Source of the DNA: a virus
IMG/VR virus record: IMGVR_UViG_3300031370_000002
Span: 62,789-126,788 of that record
Reading direction: 5' to 3' (one strand)
DNA length: 64,000 nucleotides
This document shows positions 9,251 through 19,807 of the stretch, one piece after another. Every line of letters starts with the position of its first letter. Position 1 is the stretch's first letter. The translations under genes and the position numbers were made by a program. Under the pieces are notes generated by a model, which was not told where the DNA came from, ran no database searches, and worked only from the letters and a program-made list of their open reading frames with translations.

Positions 9251-11431
9251 ATGAAAGTTGGCAATATTAAGTTAATGACTGGTGCAGTAATCGCAAACCT
9301 TCGTGGTGAGCAGCTTGCATCCGATCCTTCACTGGCCTCACTTGTTGCCGCACAAGAAGCCGTCATGTGGTATAACACCACAGACAAAGTTTATAAATAC
9401 TTCAATGGTTCATCAATCATTGCTCTGAACGGCGGCGGTGAAGCTCCAGATCTTTCTGGTCTGGTAAAAGCTGATGGCTCTGTTGCGATGACTGCTGCGC
9501 TGGAACTGAGTTCTGATGATCAGTCTGCTGCGGATTCTAAAGCAGCGGTAAGTAAAGGTCACGTTGATACTCAGCTTGCGAAAAAACTGACTGTTGCTTC
9601 TGGCGCACTGACTGCGGATCTTTCTGCTGGCGGTTTTGGTATTTCAAATCTGGCAGCGCCTGTTAACGGTACTGATGCAGCGCGTAAGATCGATATTGAA
9701 AACGCACTGGCGGGTATGAACTGGCAAGAAGATGTTGATGGCGTTCAGACTGATGCAACAATGCAGCCGGAAAAAGTTTCTGGTAAGCGTTATGTTCTGA
9801 CTGACGTTGCAAATCTTCACGCAGATTTTGGAACCATCGCATCTGTTGCGAACAACGCAATCGTGCAGTACAAAGACAGCGCTTTCGTAGTTGTTTTTGA
9901 TCCTGCTGCGGATCGTGCTGATGGAGCGATTGCTTGGAACCACGCAACCAAACAGTACGTTCGTTACAACGGCACTTCATGGTCTGTTTTTGGTGGTATG
10001 GCAAGCGTAACAAACGGCGCAGGTCTGAATCTGAATGGCAACGAACTTTCAGTTAAAGTTGATGCTGCTGGCGGCGTTTCTGTTGGCGCTGATGGCGTTA
10101 GTCTGAAACTGAATGGCGCAAGTCTGGCACTGTCTGCTGATGGCGTTAAAGTTGCTGATGGCGGCGTTGGTTTTGCTCAGCTTGCTTCTGCTGCATTTGG
10201 CACGGGCCTGAAACGCAACACAACTTCAAGCGCAATCGAACTTGATACTACTGCTGTCAAAGCGGCTGGTTTTATCGACGCAGACGGCGGTGAAGTTGCA
10301 AGCCTTATTCTTACTGGCGATGTTCAGGAAGTTGACGGCGCTGTTGCAACTCGTAAGTTTGTTCTGGATAACGCAAGCGGTAACGGTTCGCAGGCGTACG
10401 TTCTGGATATGACAGGCAACGATGTTACTGCGGAAACCAGCTACACGTTTGCACACAACGCAGGTATTCGTTTTGGTACAGTTACAGTTTACGACGCAGA
10501 CGGCAAACAGATCATGCCTAGCGAAGTTACTCTGACTGACGAAAACAATCTGACTATCGATCTGCCGGAAGCGATGAAAGTTGTTATCGTGTTTGTTACT
10601 GGTGCAAACAAATATGTTGCTCCTGAAACTGGCGGTAATGGCGGCGGCACTACTCCTGTTCAGCCGGACTATGAACTGTTCTATGGTCTGAACCAGCAAG
10701 ATTCAACCGCAAGCATTACGTTCCTGCTTGTTGCTAAAGATCCTTCAACTGTTAAATCTGTTGATTGGTCAGGTGCAGATGTTAGTGCTCAGTTTGGTAA
10801 CTGGAAGAATCCAACTATCAAAAGTTTTGTTATCACTGCATACAAAACTTCTGGAACTCCTACTCTGCCTGCTGCTGGTACTGTTACTGCAACAATTACC
10901 AAACAGGATAGTTCAACCGAAGTTGTAACGCTGAACTACAACCTGCCGGATCTGACTCCGATGTTAACTGCGGGCCGTCGCGACGATACCTCTTATTCTG
11001 CATCAATGAAAGTTGTGCAGACTTGGGTTAAGCCGGGCGAAACTCACGGTGTGTCTCTGTGTGATCCATCGGGTAACGTTCTGCATACTACTGCCGGTCT
11101 TGCTGCAAACAAATTCGCTGCGGATGAAACAATTTCCAAAGTTGAATGGAACGTTGTGCATAACACGCAAAACCGTGACAAGGTTGATACTTCCAAAGTT
11201 ACAATCGCGCCTTCTTTCGACGGCTTACGTGCAAACGTAATTCTCGATTCAAGTGTTGCTGTTGTTTCGCTGGGCGGTAACAACTACACGTTCGCAGTAA
11301 GCGCAAAAGTTACAATGAGTTCAGGCCGTGTATTCGTTGCCTATATTGGGATGGGTATTCTGGATTCTACTTCTGCGGTCAACACGAAGAAAGCTCCGTT
11401 TACTCAGGCGCAGCTTGATAGTGCTTGGTAA
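9251..11431 (+). CDS. Long fibre-like virion structural protein
   Basis: 726 aa, rich in Ala/Gly/Val/Thr. Has shaft-like repeats (GAGLNLNGNELSVKVDAAGGVSVGADGVSLK) and the APVNGTDAARK motif. Strong RBS and followed by a terminator. Confidence 0.7.
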   Translation: MKVGNIKLMTGAVIANLRGEQLASDPSLASLVAAQEAVMWYNTTDKVYKYFNGSSIIALNGGGEAPDLSGLVKADGSVAMTAALELSSDDQSAADSKAAVSKGHVDTQLAKKLTVASGALTADLSAGGFGISNLAAPVNGTDAARKIDIENALAGMNWQEDVDGVQTDATMQPEKVSGKRYVLTDVANLHADFGTIASVANNAIVQYKDSAFVVVFDPAADRADGAIAWNHATKQYVRYNGTSWSVFGGMASVTNGAGLNLNGNELSVKVDAAGGVSVGADGVSLKLNGASLALSADGVKVADGGVGFAQLASAAFGTGLKRNTTSSAIELDTTAVKAAGFIDADGGEVASLILTGDVQEVDGAVATRKFVLDNASGNGSQAYVLDMTGNDVTAETSYTFAHNAGIRFGTVTVYDADGKQIMPSEVTLTDENNLTIDLPEAMKVVIVFVTGANKYVAPETGGNGGGTTPVQPDYELFYGLNQQDSTASITFLLVAKDPSTVKSVDWSGADVSAQFGNWKNPTIKSFVITAYKTSGTPTLPAAGTVTATITKQDSSTEVVTLNYNLPDLTPMLTAGRRDDTSYSASMKVVQTWVKPGETHGVSLCDPSGNVLHTTAGLAANKFAADETISKVEWNVVHNTQNRDKVDTSKVTIAPSFDGLRANVILDSSVAVVSLGGNNYTFAVSAKVTMSSGRVFVAYIGMGILDSTSAVNTKKAPFTQAQLDSAW

Positions 11432-11442
11432 GTAATTTAAAT

Positions 11443-11468
11443 GGGAGGGCTTCGGCCTTCCCTTTTTT
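11443..11468 (+). terminator. Rho-independent terminator
   Basis: GGGAGGGC-TTCG-GCCTTCCC followed by TTTTTT. Confidence 0.9.
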
Positions 11469-11486
11469 ATTTCTCTGGAGAAAAAT

Positions 11487-12578
11487 ATGAAATTTTGTAG
11501 CGTAGGTGCTTTAAAGTATAAAAACGAACGCGCCGCTTGCGACAGCATTCAATACCTTTTCGACAAGAACACGCCTAAACCTACAGACGCGCAATCGTTT
11601 TTAGATATTATTTCAGAAGCTCGATCAATTGCCGTGGATCTGAATGGCAGCGACTTAACTTGTAGCGCACTTGCCGGATACAGAAACAATAAACTCTATC
11701 TTGCCAGTATAACGGTGGGTGGAGGCAGGACGCTGGAAGTAAGCAACAACGCAGGCGGATTTACTACAGGCACTGCGATTGCAAACATGTTCTATCAGTT
11801 TGGTTGCGTTAAAAGCAATCAGCAAAAATCTGGAACAATATCTTCCGGGGATTACTCGTTCTTAGACGCGAGTATTGTTTCGCTTTCAGATCCCGATAAA
11901 AGAAGTACGGTTGCTTTCAGTACCAAAACAAATGGATACGGATATAAACTTGTTCTTTATCCAAAGCGCGTAAAAACAATAACTAATTCCGCTACCGTTA
12001 TGGATTTTAACACAAGCGCCGCTCAATCAACTTCTTCTTATTCTTCTTCTTCGTATCAAAAACAATATAACCCGCCGTACGGTGGTTGGTATACTGCAAC
12101 GCGAAGTTATCAATACACTACCGCACTTGGACAGCTTTTGTTTGATACAACACAGAAAAAAGTTTCATCACTTGGAGGTTATTCTTATAGCAGTATAGGC
12201 GCAGGAAATGTTACCGTAAAGTTTGGCGAAATAAGTAATGTACCCGGTATCGGTTTGATTCGTCCTTCTCAACTTTATAACTTCAACGATAGCGGAACGG
12301 GTTCCTCTTCTTCCTACTATATAGGATCGCCTGAAATCATAGGTACAGTAACAGCAACGCCAATTTCAAAAGCGCCTTATGTTGAGAGTAATGGAACAGA
12401 CGAAACAGTTGAGTTAGGTTTCTCTGTGATTGCCTATCGAGATCTGGAAAAAGATAACATTGTGATTCGTGATTTCGTAACTGACTTAACGCAATCTGGC
12501 AGCAATCTTCCCGGCGATTACCCAACGGTGTCGCTCAATACGCCATTGCCTTTTGTGCAAACAATTCTTGATATGTAA
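11487..12578 (+). CDS. Hypothetical virion structural protein
   Basis: 363 aa, rich in Ser/Thr/Tyr/Gly. RBS GGAG. Confidence 0.6.
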   Translation: MKFCSVGALKYKNERAACDSIQYLFDKNTPKPTDAQSFLDIISEARSIAVDLNGSDLTCSALAGYRNNKLYLASITVGGGRTLEVSNNAGGFTTGTAIANMFYQFGCVKSNQQKSGTISSGDYSFLDASIVSLSDPDKRSTVAFSTKTNGYGYKLVLYPKRVKTITNSATVMDFNTSAAQSTSSYSSSSYQKQYNPPYGGWYTATRSYQYTTALGQLLFDTTQKKVSSLGGYSYSSIGAGNVTVKFGEISNVPGIGLIRPSQLYNFNDSGTGSSSSYYIGSPEIIGTVTATPISKAPYVESNGTDETVELGFSVIAYRDLEKDNIVIRDFVTDLTQSGSNLPGDYPTVSLNTPLPFVQTILDM

Positions 12579-12632
12579 TTTTTTCTCTTGCTGCTGTTGT
12601 GTCTAATTTAAATAAAACAAAGGAGAAAAACC

Positions 12633-13133
12633 GTGGAAATAATTCGTATCCTCGCAAATCAGTCGAACGTTCCTGTTCCTGATGCGGGTAAGCGTGATCC
12701 GAATGAGCCGCCAATCAAATACGGATTGGAAAACATTCTTCACACAGCGGCGCTTTGCAAAGTTCCTGATCCTGCAAACATTGTTTTGACTGAGGGAACT
12801 TCTCTTGCTGCAATTGGCGTAACCGCCTCTCTTACGCTTCTTACAGTTAACAACGTAATGCCTATTAGTTGGCTCAACACAGGAACCAATAAACTAAAGT
12901 TCCGTGTACGCGCTCAGTTAAAAGGTGTATTCAACTCCGGAACACTCGATAACCTTCTGGCACTTTATAACTGCATCGTGATCAACACAGCAATCAACAA
13001 TACGCCGTACGGTGGTTTTCTGGTTCTGTCTATTGGCGCGAAAGGCAGCGGTGCAGATTTGATTCTAAGCGAAAGCAATATTCGCAACGGAAACTTTATC
13101 GCAACTGTTAACCGCGTTTCAGGAGAATTCTAA
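12633..13133 (+). CDS. Hypothetical structural protein, possible divergent member of the fibre paralog family
   Basis: GTG start with RBS AAGGAG. Coupled to the next gene by TAATG. Confidence 0.6.
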   Translation: MEIIRILANQSNVPVPDAGKRDPNEPPIKYGLENILHTAALCKVPDPANIVLTEGTSLAAIGVTASLTLLTVNNVMPISWLNTGTNKLKFRVRAQLKGVFNSGTLDNLLALYNCIVINTAINNTPYGGFLVLSIGAKGSGADLILSESNIRNGNFIATVNRVSGEF

Positions 13134-15157
13134 TGCGTCTTTTAGGTTCTAACCTTTTGCCTTTTTCTGTCGCACAGTTGCCGGGAACTTGGTCAACAGG
13201 AATTGAAGTTGAAGCGTATTTCTTTGAAGGTGATATGCCGTCAGATCTGACAGCTTACTTTCAAGATCATCGCAAACTTATTAGTGACGCTGTTGCTGCT
13301 TCTCGAATTGTTTTGCAGCCAACAACAGAAGGCTTAGCTTTCATGCAGGCGTATTCGTACGGATGGAAAGCAATTGCGGGAAGTGTTTACGATCCAAAAA
13401 TGGGCGTGACTATTCATTATCCGAAAAGCATTCTTCCGCGCCGCACGACTGCGAGTAGTTCCGCGCTGGATGTTGATACTGCTTACGCTGTTGATCTTCC
13501 AACAGGCAACAGTAAAATGAAGCAGCACATGAGCGTCGGATTGTATCCCGGTTTCCCTGTCGGAACTTTGCGCCAGCTTAGTGATTTTGTCGGCAACACA
13601 GTTTCACAGATTGCTAACGTTGCCGATTTAGATTTCGGACGTGCGATAACTTTTGATGCAGCACTGGCAGATAGTTATGATCGTTCAGCGGCTGCAACTC
13701 TTCTGATTGCGGCACAAGGTACTGGCGGCACAACAAGCGCGGGTTCAATGACAACTCTGACCGTTCCGGCAAACGTTGATACAAACCGCGCAGGTGGAAC
13801 AATCAACACGGATATTTTACGCGTCACTGGAAACGCAAACAGTGTGCGCCGCGTATTGCCTGTAACTATGGGCGATGTAAGCACAGCGAAAGTTTCAAAA
13901 ACAATCGGCTATGCGATCCTGCTTATTCCGGACAGCAACTTTGGCTCTCAGTCAATTGGAACATACGACATTCGTTTTATGGCAACAAAAGTTGGTGCAA
14001 AAAATAGTGGAGAATTAATCGAACTTGAAAGTTTGACAATCTCTACCGGGGAATATGCGGAAGTTGTTCAAGTACGAACCAGCACCGAACTGGAACCGAA
14101 TAACGGCTTGCCTCTTTGGGTAGATCCAAATGCTAAGCTGGCACTGTCTGCAAGTTACTTTGGTGCGAGTCCTAGCAAAGATGCGTTTGGAACTCCATTC
14201 ACATTTACCGGATGGCCTCAGCAAAGTGACAACGCAATCAAAGGAACAAAGGGAAGTAGCATTGCAGTAGAAGCAGCTAACCATACTTTTGATCCTACGA
14301 AAAGTTTCACTATCCAGTTTGATTTTAAGCAGGATGTGACTGATCGTGATTGTGAGTTTTTGATTCTGCAAACTGCAACTTCATTCAATGACCGTTTTAT
14401 TATCTCTCTTGATCAAAGTAACGAGAAAGGGTTACTCATCTGGAACAACCAACAGTCGAGTAAAATTCAACGGGCATGGAGTTTGTATAGCGTTTTACGC
14501 ACTACTACGTTTGTGAAATTTAAATACGTGTATGATGCGAAAACTGCGACTCACACCATTTCAGTTAACGGCAACGTTATTGATTCGTTTGTGTATGCGG
14601 TTCTGCCCATCACTAAAACTCTTCTTACTGTGAAAGGCGCGTACGAATCAACAACTTCTGCTATCGCAACGATCCGAAACTATCAGATTATTCAGGCACC
14701 CTCTGCGTCGGAATACACGTACCAGCAATTTTTAGATATGTCAGCTAACTTGCCCGTACACAATATAGCAGGCTCATTTGATCAGACTTCTGGTGCGCGA
14801 ATTCTTTCGTTTGAATCGCAAACTCCTGTGAACAGAACTCTATGGGGATCTCCATACGGAACATATTTCACGTATGATAGCGGTGGCGATAACGTTGTGA
14901 ATCATAGCTGTCCGGATCGTGACGTTTACAACGAACTTGTTTTAAGTAAACGTAGAACGGTAGCCTTATGTAAGTTTGAGGGGAATCTCCCTAGTTTCGT
15001 TTCAGTAGATCGAAATGGATACGTGTCTTCCAGTTACGGCAGCTTTGGCGGTTATTCAATCTCTAAATTTGTTTATTGGGATTACAAGCTGAGCAAAATG
15101 ATGCAAGTTAATCCGTTCGCAGCGTCTGCTCCTGTTGCGTGGGATGGAACTTTCTAA
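13133..15157 (+). CDS. Fibre-family structural protein with LamG/ConA-like domain
   Basis: N-terminal YFFEGDMP motif shared with 18183-19247. Segment SFTIQFDF...FVKFKYVYDAKTATHTISVNG resembles a ConA-like lectin fold. Confidence 0.55.
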   Translation: MRLLGSNLLPFSVAQLPGTWSTGIEVEAYFFEGDMPSDLTAYFQDHRKLISDAVAASRIVLQPTTEGLAFMQAYSYGWKAIAGSVYDPKMGVTIHYPKSILPRRTTASSSALDVDTAYAVDLPTGNSKMKQHMSVGLYPGFPVGTLRQLSDFVGNTVSQIANVADLDFGRAITFDAALADSYDRSAAATLLIAAQGTGGTTSAGSMTTLTVPANVDTNRAGGTINTDILRVTGNANSVRRVLPVTMGDVSTAKVSKTIGYAILLIPDSNFGSQSIGTYDIRFMATKVGAKNSGELIELESLTISTGEYAEVVQVRTSTELEPNNGLPLWVDPNAKLALSASYFGASPSKDAFGTPFTFTGWPQQSDNAIKGTKGSSIAVEAANHTFDPTKSFTIQFDFKQDVTDRDCEFLILQTATSFNDRFIISLDQSNEKGLLIWNNQQSSKIQRAWSLYSVLRTTTFVKFKYVYDAKTATHTISVNGNVIDSFVYAVLPITKTLLTVKGAYESTTSAIATIRNYQIIQAPSASEYTYQQFLDMSANLPVHNIAGSFDQTSGARILSFESQTPVNRTLWGSPYGTYFTYDSGGDNVVNHSCPDRDVYNELVLSKRRTVALCKFEGNLPSFVSVDRNGYVSSSYGSFGGYSISKFVYWDYKLSKMMQVNPFAASAPVAWDGTF

Positions 15158-15169
15158 GAGGAATAAAAC

Positions 15170-16186
15170 GTGGACTACAAAGTTTTCGATGTAAGTTTGC
15201 TTCCTCAGATTTCTCGCCTTTTAGGTTCAGCCAGCGACGACAAAGCAGCGTATGTTATTGCTCTCCGCGATGGAAAATCTGAGAAAGATCTTTTAACGTG
15301 TTTGAATAACCGCTCCAGTGGGGGCGGGTTTTTCTTTGATACAACACGACTGCCTAGCGATACCGGAACACTGTTAGGCACAGGCAACGACTGCACAAGA
15401 ACACTGGTAGGAAACATTCTCCAGTTTTCAAAATGCAATATCAACTGCAACAAAGCTGGAATTCCAACTCACTTAGTTTTAGGTGGCATTGTTCCTTTTG
15501 TTTTTAAAATCGGAACAGACGTTAGCTTGCTGAATAAAACAAGTGGTGTTGAAGTTGATTTAACAGGCGAAGGAAGCGTTGTTACTGTGAGTGCATTCGC
15601 AATTCAGTTGAATGATATTGCACAGATGAACCTTAGCCAAATCACACTACCTGCAATCAACGTTGGCTCTACCGGAACCAACATGTATCGCCCACTCGAC
15701 GATACAAAGTTGCAGGTTATGCGTCAAATCGGTTTGAAAGATTTTCAAATTGATTTTACGCTGTCGTTTGGAACAGGTTCAAACAACGTAACACAGCAAG
15801 GATTATTTGTTGCAACAAGCGAGATAGGAAGTAACGGACAACCATCGGACGGACTCACGCTTGAATTCAATAAATATAACAATACGCCTAAGACTGCGCG
15901 TTTGCTGGTTAGTCGCGCCCAAACAAACTCGAATGAAATACTCACAACTAAAGATGTTGTTTGGACTAAAGTAGTTGTGAAGCGCGTGAATGGAATTTTG
16001 AAATTGTACAATGATACAGTCGAAGTTCCTTTATACACGTTGGACGATACAGCGTTTGCAAATCCAATCACGTATAATCTTGTGTTTGATTTGAGTCGCA
16101 TTATGCTGAGTCGCTTTGGTCAGTGGCGTGGCGATGCGCGTGGTATTTTTTACAACCTCGGCATTCTTTCTGTTACGAAACTTTAA
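15170..16186 (+). CDS. Structural protein with LamG/ConA-like C-terminal domain
   Basis: DFQIDFTL...WTKVVVKRVNGILKLY pattern. GTG start with RBS GAGG. Confidence 0.5.
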   Translation: MDYKVFDVSLLPQISRLLGSASDDKAAYVIALRDGKSEKDLLTCLNNRSSGGGFFFDTTRLPSDTGTLLGTGNDCTRTLVGNILQFSKCNINCNKAGIPTHLVLGGIVPFVFKIGTDVSLLNKTSGVEVDLTGEGSVVTVSAFAIQLNDIAQMNLSQITLPAINVGSTGTNMYRPLDDTKLQVMRQIGLKDFQIDFTLSFGTGSNNVTQQGLFVATSEIGSNGQPSDGLTLEFNKYNNTPKTARLLVSRAQTNSNEILTTKDVVWTKVVVKRVNGILKLYNDTVEVPLYTLDDTAFANPITYNLVFDLSRIMLSRFGQWRGDARGIFYNLGILSVTKL

Positions 16187-16199
16187 GCAGGAGAAATAA

Positions 16200-16670
16200 A
16201 TGATTACTAACATTCCTGCCTATGATGCTGGATTCTTTATCAAGAACGGTTTGGTTTGGAGTACCTTCACAGGAAAGATTACTCAAATCTATCCGAACAC
16301 CGATGCAGGAAAAATGATTCTCGGATTCAAAGCTGTTTCTCGCAGTGCTTATGTTTATCTGCCTGATCAGTTTTCCGGTTATCTGCTTCCTGTTCGTGTT
16401 CAAACACAAATCAAAAACGTTTATCCGGATAACCAACAGTATGCGCGTACTCAATGGCAAAAAGTTTTTAACTTTCCAGTTGGCACTAGCGGCCCTGCGG
16501 AAGCAACAGACCTCGACGCAACGTACGATAGCACGACACCGTTTGCACCAAAAGCAAATGGAATCGGATATGTAGCACAGGATAATCCTATCGTCGATTT
16601 CTTGGTTACTTCTATCAGCGTGAAAGAAACTGATTATGCGTTTATTCCGGTTGGGGGCAACGTAGGCTAA
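16200..16670 (+). CDS. Hypothetical structural protein
   Basis: 156 aa with RBS AGGAG. Coupled to the next gene by TAATG. Confidence 0.6.
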   Translation: MITNIPAYDAGFFIKNGLVWSTFTGKITQIYPNTDAGKMILGFKAVSRSAYVYLPDQFSGYLLPVRVQTQIKNVYPDNQQYARTQWQKVFNFPVGTSGPAEATDLDATYDSTTPFAPKANGIGYVAQDNPIVDFLVTSISVKETDYAFIPVGGNVG

Positions 16671-17596
16671 TGAAAATAATTGATACGCACATTCGCGCAC
16701 AGGCAATGATCGGACAACGTTCTCCGGTTTATACTGGCGCTGAAAATACTTACACACGCCATCCATTCAGCGGCAGCGCATGGACAGGATTTTTAATGCC
16801 GGGAAGTTTGCCTCCTACGGAAGCCGCTATTGCTGCAATTTTCAAACAGGATTCGCTTGCAGATCTTTATAACAAGTGTGTAGGCGTAGCGCGTGGGCTG
16901 GTAACTACTATCAGCAGCGCCAATGTTGTTCACATGATGCCTCAAGCGAACTTTTACTACAAAGGTTCCACGTTTTTAAAGCGTCAGTGGGGCGTAAACT
17001 TTCGTGCGCTTACTCCGGATCGCATTGTTGAAAATGCAGATTCAAAAAGATGTGTGACGCAATTGCTTGCAGGTAACTCTCTTGCCGATTGTGCATTCCG
17101 TGCAGAAACTTTTGGCAGTGGAAGTATCACTGTTGAATTTGATGCTGCGGTAAAACTCACGCATATTGTTCGCAACGGACTATCAATGGCGTTTGTTGTG
17201 AATGCGATTGATGATAGTGGAGTCGAAACAAGTTTAGGAACGTGGACAACAGTAACGGGAGATCCAACTCTTTACATTGCGTCCAATCCCCAAACCGCAA
17301 AACGTTTCCGCATCTTTGCAACGCCGCCAATGACTGTAGGGCCAATCACTCTTGTTAGCGATAGTGCGCCTTACACAAGTGCGCCTGTTCAGGTTCCCGG
17401 ATGGATTGTTGTTGCACATACCAACACGCGAGTAGCAGGAGACTTTGAGCATAGCCCACTGATTCCTTACTTTGCTGAAACGGTTGGTCATGGTGATGAT
17501 GGAAATGCGAAACCGTTTACGCTGCGTACGCTTGTTCCGGACGGTGACAATATTCTTTATTGTCCTAAGATCCGTTTTAATAACAGGAGTATCTGA
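16670..17596 (+). CDS. Fibre-family structural protein with discoidin (F5/8C)-like insert
   Basis: FLMPGSLP...SLADLYNKC N-terminus, with ITVEFDAAVKLT...AKRFRIF insert. Confidence 0.5.
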   Translation: MKIIDTHIRAQAMIGQRSPVYTGAENTYTRHPFSGSAWTGFLMPGSLPPTEAAIAAIFKQDSLADLYNKCVGVARGLVTTISSANVVHMMPQANFYYKGSTFLKRQWGVNFRALTPDRIVENADSKRCVTQLLAGNSLADCAFRAETFGSGSITVEFDAAVKLTHIVRNGLSMAFVVNAIDDSGVETSLGTWTTVTGDPTLYIASNPQTAKRFRIFATPPMTVGPITLVSDSAPYTSAPVQVPGWIVVAHTNTRVAGDFEHSPLIPYFAETVGHGDDGNAKPFTLRTLVPDGDNILYCPKIRFNNRSI

Positions 17597-18186
17597 TGAT
17601 TGTTTCAAAAGCATTGCGAAACATTCGCCCAAAGATTGATTTTGTGACACTTGCTAATACAAACGGCGTGATCGGTTTGTGGCAATTTAACTACGCGTTC
17701 GAAGCAACAACAGAACGTTTGGATGCCGCACAGAATCAGGCTTTCGATTCTATTCTGTATAGTGTGTCAGGAGATTTTTTCACTGATACCGATTGGCATA
17801 GTTTGTTTGCTTCATACGGCGATCCAATGACAGTAACACAGATTGTCAACTGGATTAAAACTAACAAGCCTAACATGAAGTTTAATGTTATTACGCGTAC
17901 GCAGGCAAACGTTCGTATCACACAAGAAAATGACGGACGCTATTTGAGCCTAGACCAAACTTATGGCGGTGCCTGGCCAACAGCTAACTTTACGTCGCTG
18001 CTTCTTAGTATTCCAAATAGTACCGCCGGAAGTTTGTCTGATAATGTATCCTGTTATAATTTCTTTGAGATTAGTTATCAGGATTTGATTAACATGGGCG
18101 TACCTCTTGTAAACAACGGCGACGGAACTTACAAAATCAATACACCTATTGATCGCCTGCACATTAAAATCAGTGAGGATGTATGA
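17596..18186 (+). CDS. Hypothetical structural protein
   Basis: 196 aa, overlapping its neighbours at both ends. Confidence 0.6.
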   Translation: MIVSKALRNIRPKIDFVTLANTNGVIGLWQFNYAFEATTERLDAAQNQAFDSILYSVSGDFFTDTDWHSLFASYGDPMTVTQIVNWIKTNKPNMKFNVITRTQANVRITQENDGRYLSLDQTYGGAWPTANFTSLLLSIPNSTAGSLSDNVSCYNFFEISYQDLINMGVPLVNNGDGTYKINTPIDRLHIKISEDV

Positions 18187-19247
18187 AACTTTTTGATCTT
18201 GGTGAAAAGCGCGTTGCAGCTAACCATGTTTATATGGCGTTTTTCATGGAAGGCGATATGCCGACCAATATCGACAACATTAGTTTGCAAGACACTGTGA
18301 ACAATTGTTTGTTTGCGCGTCCGTATCTTCACGCATATTACACAACAGGCGGCAGAACTATTATGCAGCCGATGGATCGCACAGCAACAACAAACAACTG
18401 GCCTTTGCATAGCGCATGGCAGGAAGTTGATACCGTGTACGGCAAACAAGTTTTACCAAAAACTCGTATGCGCCGTTTACGTGATCTTACCGTTGTTGCA
18501 AACCGTACACGTCCAGCAGAACAAGTCGCAAACATCATCGGTAGTTTATTGATGCCCCGTTTTGGACAGCAACAAGCGACCTCAAACATTCTGGCAACTA
18601 CCGCTGGAACTGTGACCGTTGATATTGATTCGACAGCAACTGCCGCGTACCCATTCACGTATGACTTTGGCGCTGACGTTGAAGTTACTGGATTTTTGAA
18701 AGTTGGATTAGCCACAAACAACGCAAGCAATGCTCTTGGCTCGTTTGTTATTCAAGCTCAGATTAACAACGTGTGGACAGACGTTACTGCTACCAATGGA
18801 TTGCAGAGCGGAACTGTAGACGAAACTATTTACCCATTTAATGCTGCGAAAATTACAGCGCGATATTTCCGTGTTAAGCGTTTGAACACTACAACTGCTC
18901 AGATGTGGGGAAGCGGGATTCGTTTCTTAGGAAAATATGTCAACGGAACTCCGCGCACGTTCGGCAAAATCGGTTATGTGTTAATGATGCCGTTCGGTGT
19001 AGGCGCGGATTTCAACAACAGTTGTTTTGACGCTAACGCTCGATGCAATATCATGCACAACAACCAGTTTGCATCATTGGATGATCGCATTGTGGCATGG
19101 AACGCATATAGCGTTACGGACGATCCTAAGAAAATAAATTCTTTCGATTTGTTCTTGCCTAATGGATTAACGTACGAACAGGGAACAGATATTTATCCTC
19201 CGTTCTTTACTGTTCCGACACCTATCACAGAATTGGGGGCAGTATGA
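18183..19247 (+). CDS. Fibre-family structural protein with discoidin (F5/8C)-like insert
   Basis: FFMEGDMP...SLQDTVNNC N-terminus, with FTYDFGADVEVTG...ITARYFRV insert. Confidence 0.55.
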   Translation: MKLFDLGEKRVAANHVYMAFFMEGDMPTNIDNISLQDTVNNCLFARPYLHAYYTTGGRTIMQPMDRTATTNNWPLHSAWQEVDTVYGKQVLPKTRMRRLRDLTVVANRTRPAEQVANIIGSLLMPRFGQQQATSNILATTAGTVTVDIDSTATAAYPFTYDFGADVEVTGFLKVGLATNNASNALGSFVIQAQINNVWTDVTATNGLQSGTVDETIYPFNAAKITARYFRVKRLNTTTAQMWGSGIRFLGKYVNGTPRTFGKIGYVLMMPFGVGADFNNSCFDANARCNIMHNNQFASLDDRIVAWNAYSVTDDPKKINSFDLFLPNGLTYEQGTDIYPPFFTVPTPITELGAV

Positions 19248-19801
19248 TCAGCAGCAAAAATATGAACGCCAGTAAAATGCTCAGTGCGTTTCTGGAAATT
19301 TTCACGCCGCCTTCTACTTCGTTTCAGTGTAAGATTGGTCTGTTTAACGGTACGTTGCCTAACATTGTTACGGTTCCCGATACTGTTACTCAGACACAAC
19401 TGCTTACGCCAACTCAATTGATGATCGCGCTTGGCATTACGTCAACTCAGTTTCTTGGATGCCAGAACTATTCAACTACCGCCGGACGCAAACCACTGGT
19501 AACTGTTGGACGCAATGCCGATTATTCTGTGAATCGAAAAGTTAACGTGAACTTCACAGCGGTAACAACGGATCTGATTGGCGCGGCAGCAGGAACCCCA
19601 ACGTTCTTTATTGCATTGCGTACAAGCGCAGCAGGAACAGATGCTTCCACTTGGGCTGCATTTATTTCTGGAACATACGTTGATGATTTTATTATCGGCA
19701 CCGTAGGCAATGAAGACAGTGATGCGGATTTGAAACTTGTTGGCGGTTCAATCGTTTCCGGACAAGGCTATCGCTTTACGGATCTCAACGTTCAGTATTA
19801 A
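19244..19801 (+). CDS. Fibre-family structural protein (minimal scaffold)
   Basis: LFNGTLP, AGTPTFF and GTVGNEDSDADLKLVGG motifs. Paralog of 20723-21340. Confidence 0.7.
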   Translation: MISSKNMNASKMLSAFLEIFTPPSTSFQCKIGLFNGTLPNIVTVPDTVTQTQLLTPTQLMIALGITSTQFLGCQNYSTTAGRKPLVTVGRNADYSVNRKVNVNFTAVTTDLIGAAAGTPTFFIALRTSAAGTDASTWAAFISGTYVDDFIIGTVGNEDSDADLKLVGGSIVSGQGYRFTDLNVQY

Positions 19802-19807
19802 GGAATC

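Noticed and set aside
16173-16766. 197-aa minus-strand ORF
   Set aside because: Antisense to two well-supported + genes inside a uniform + operon.
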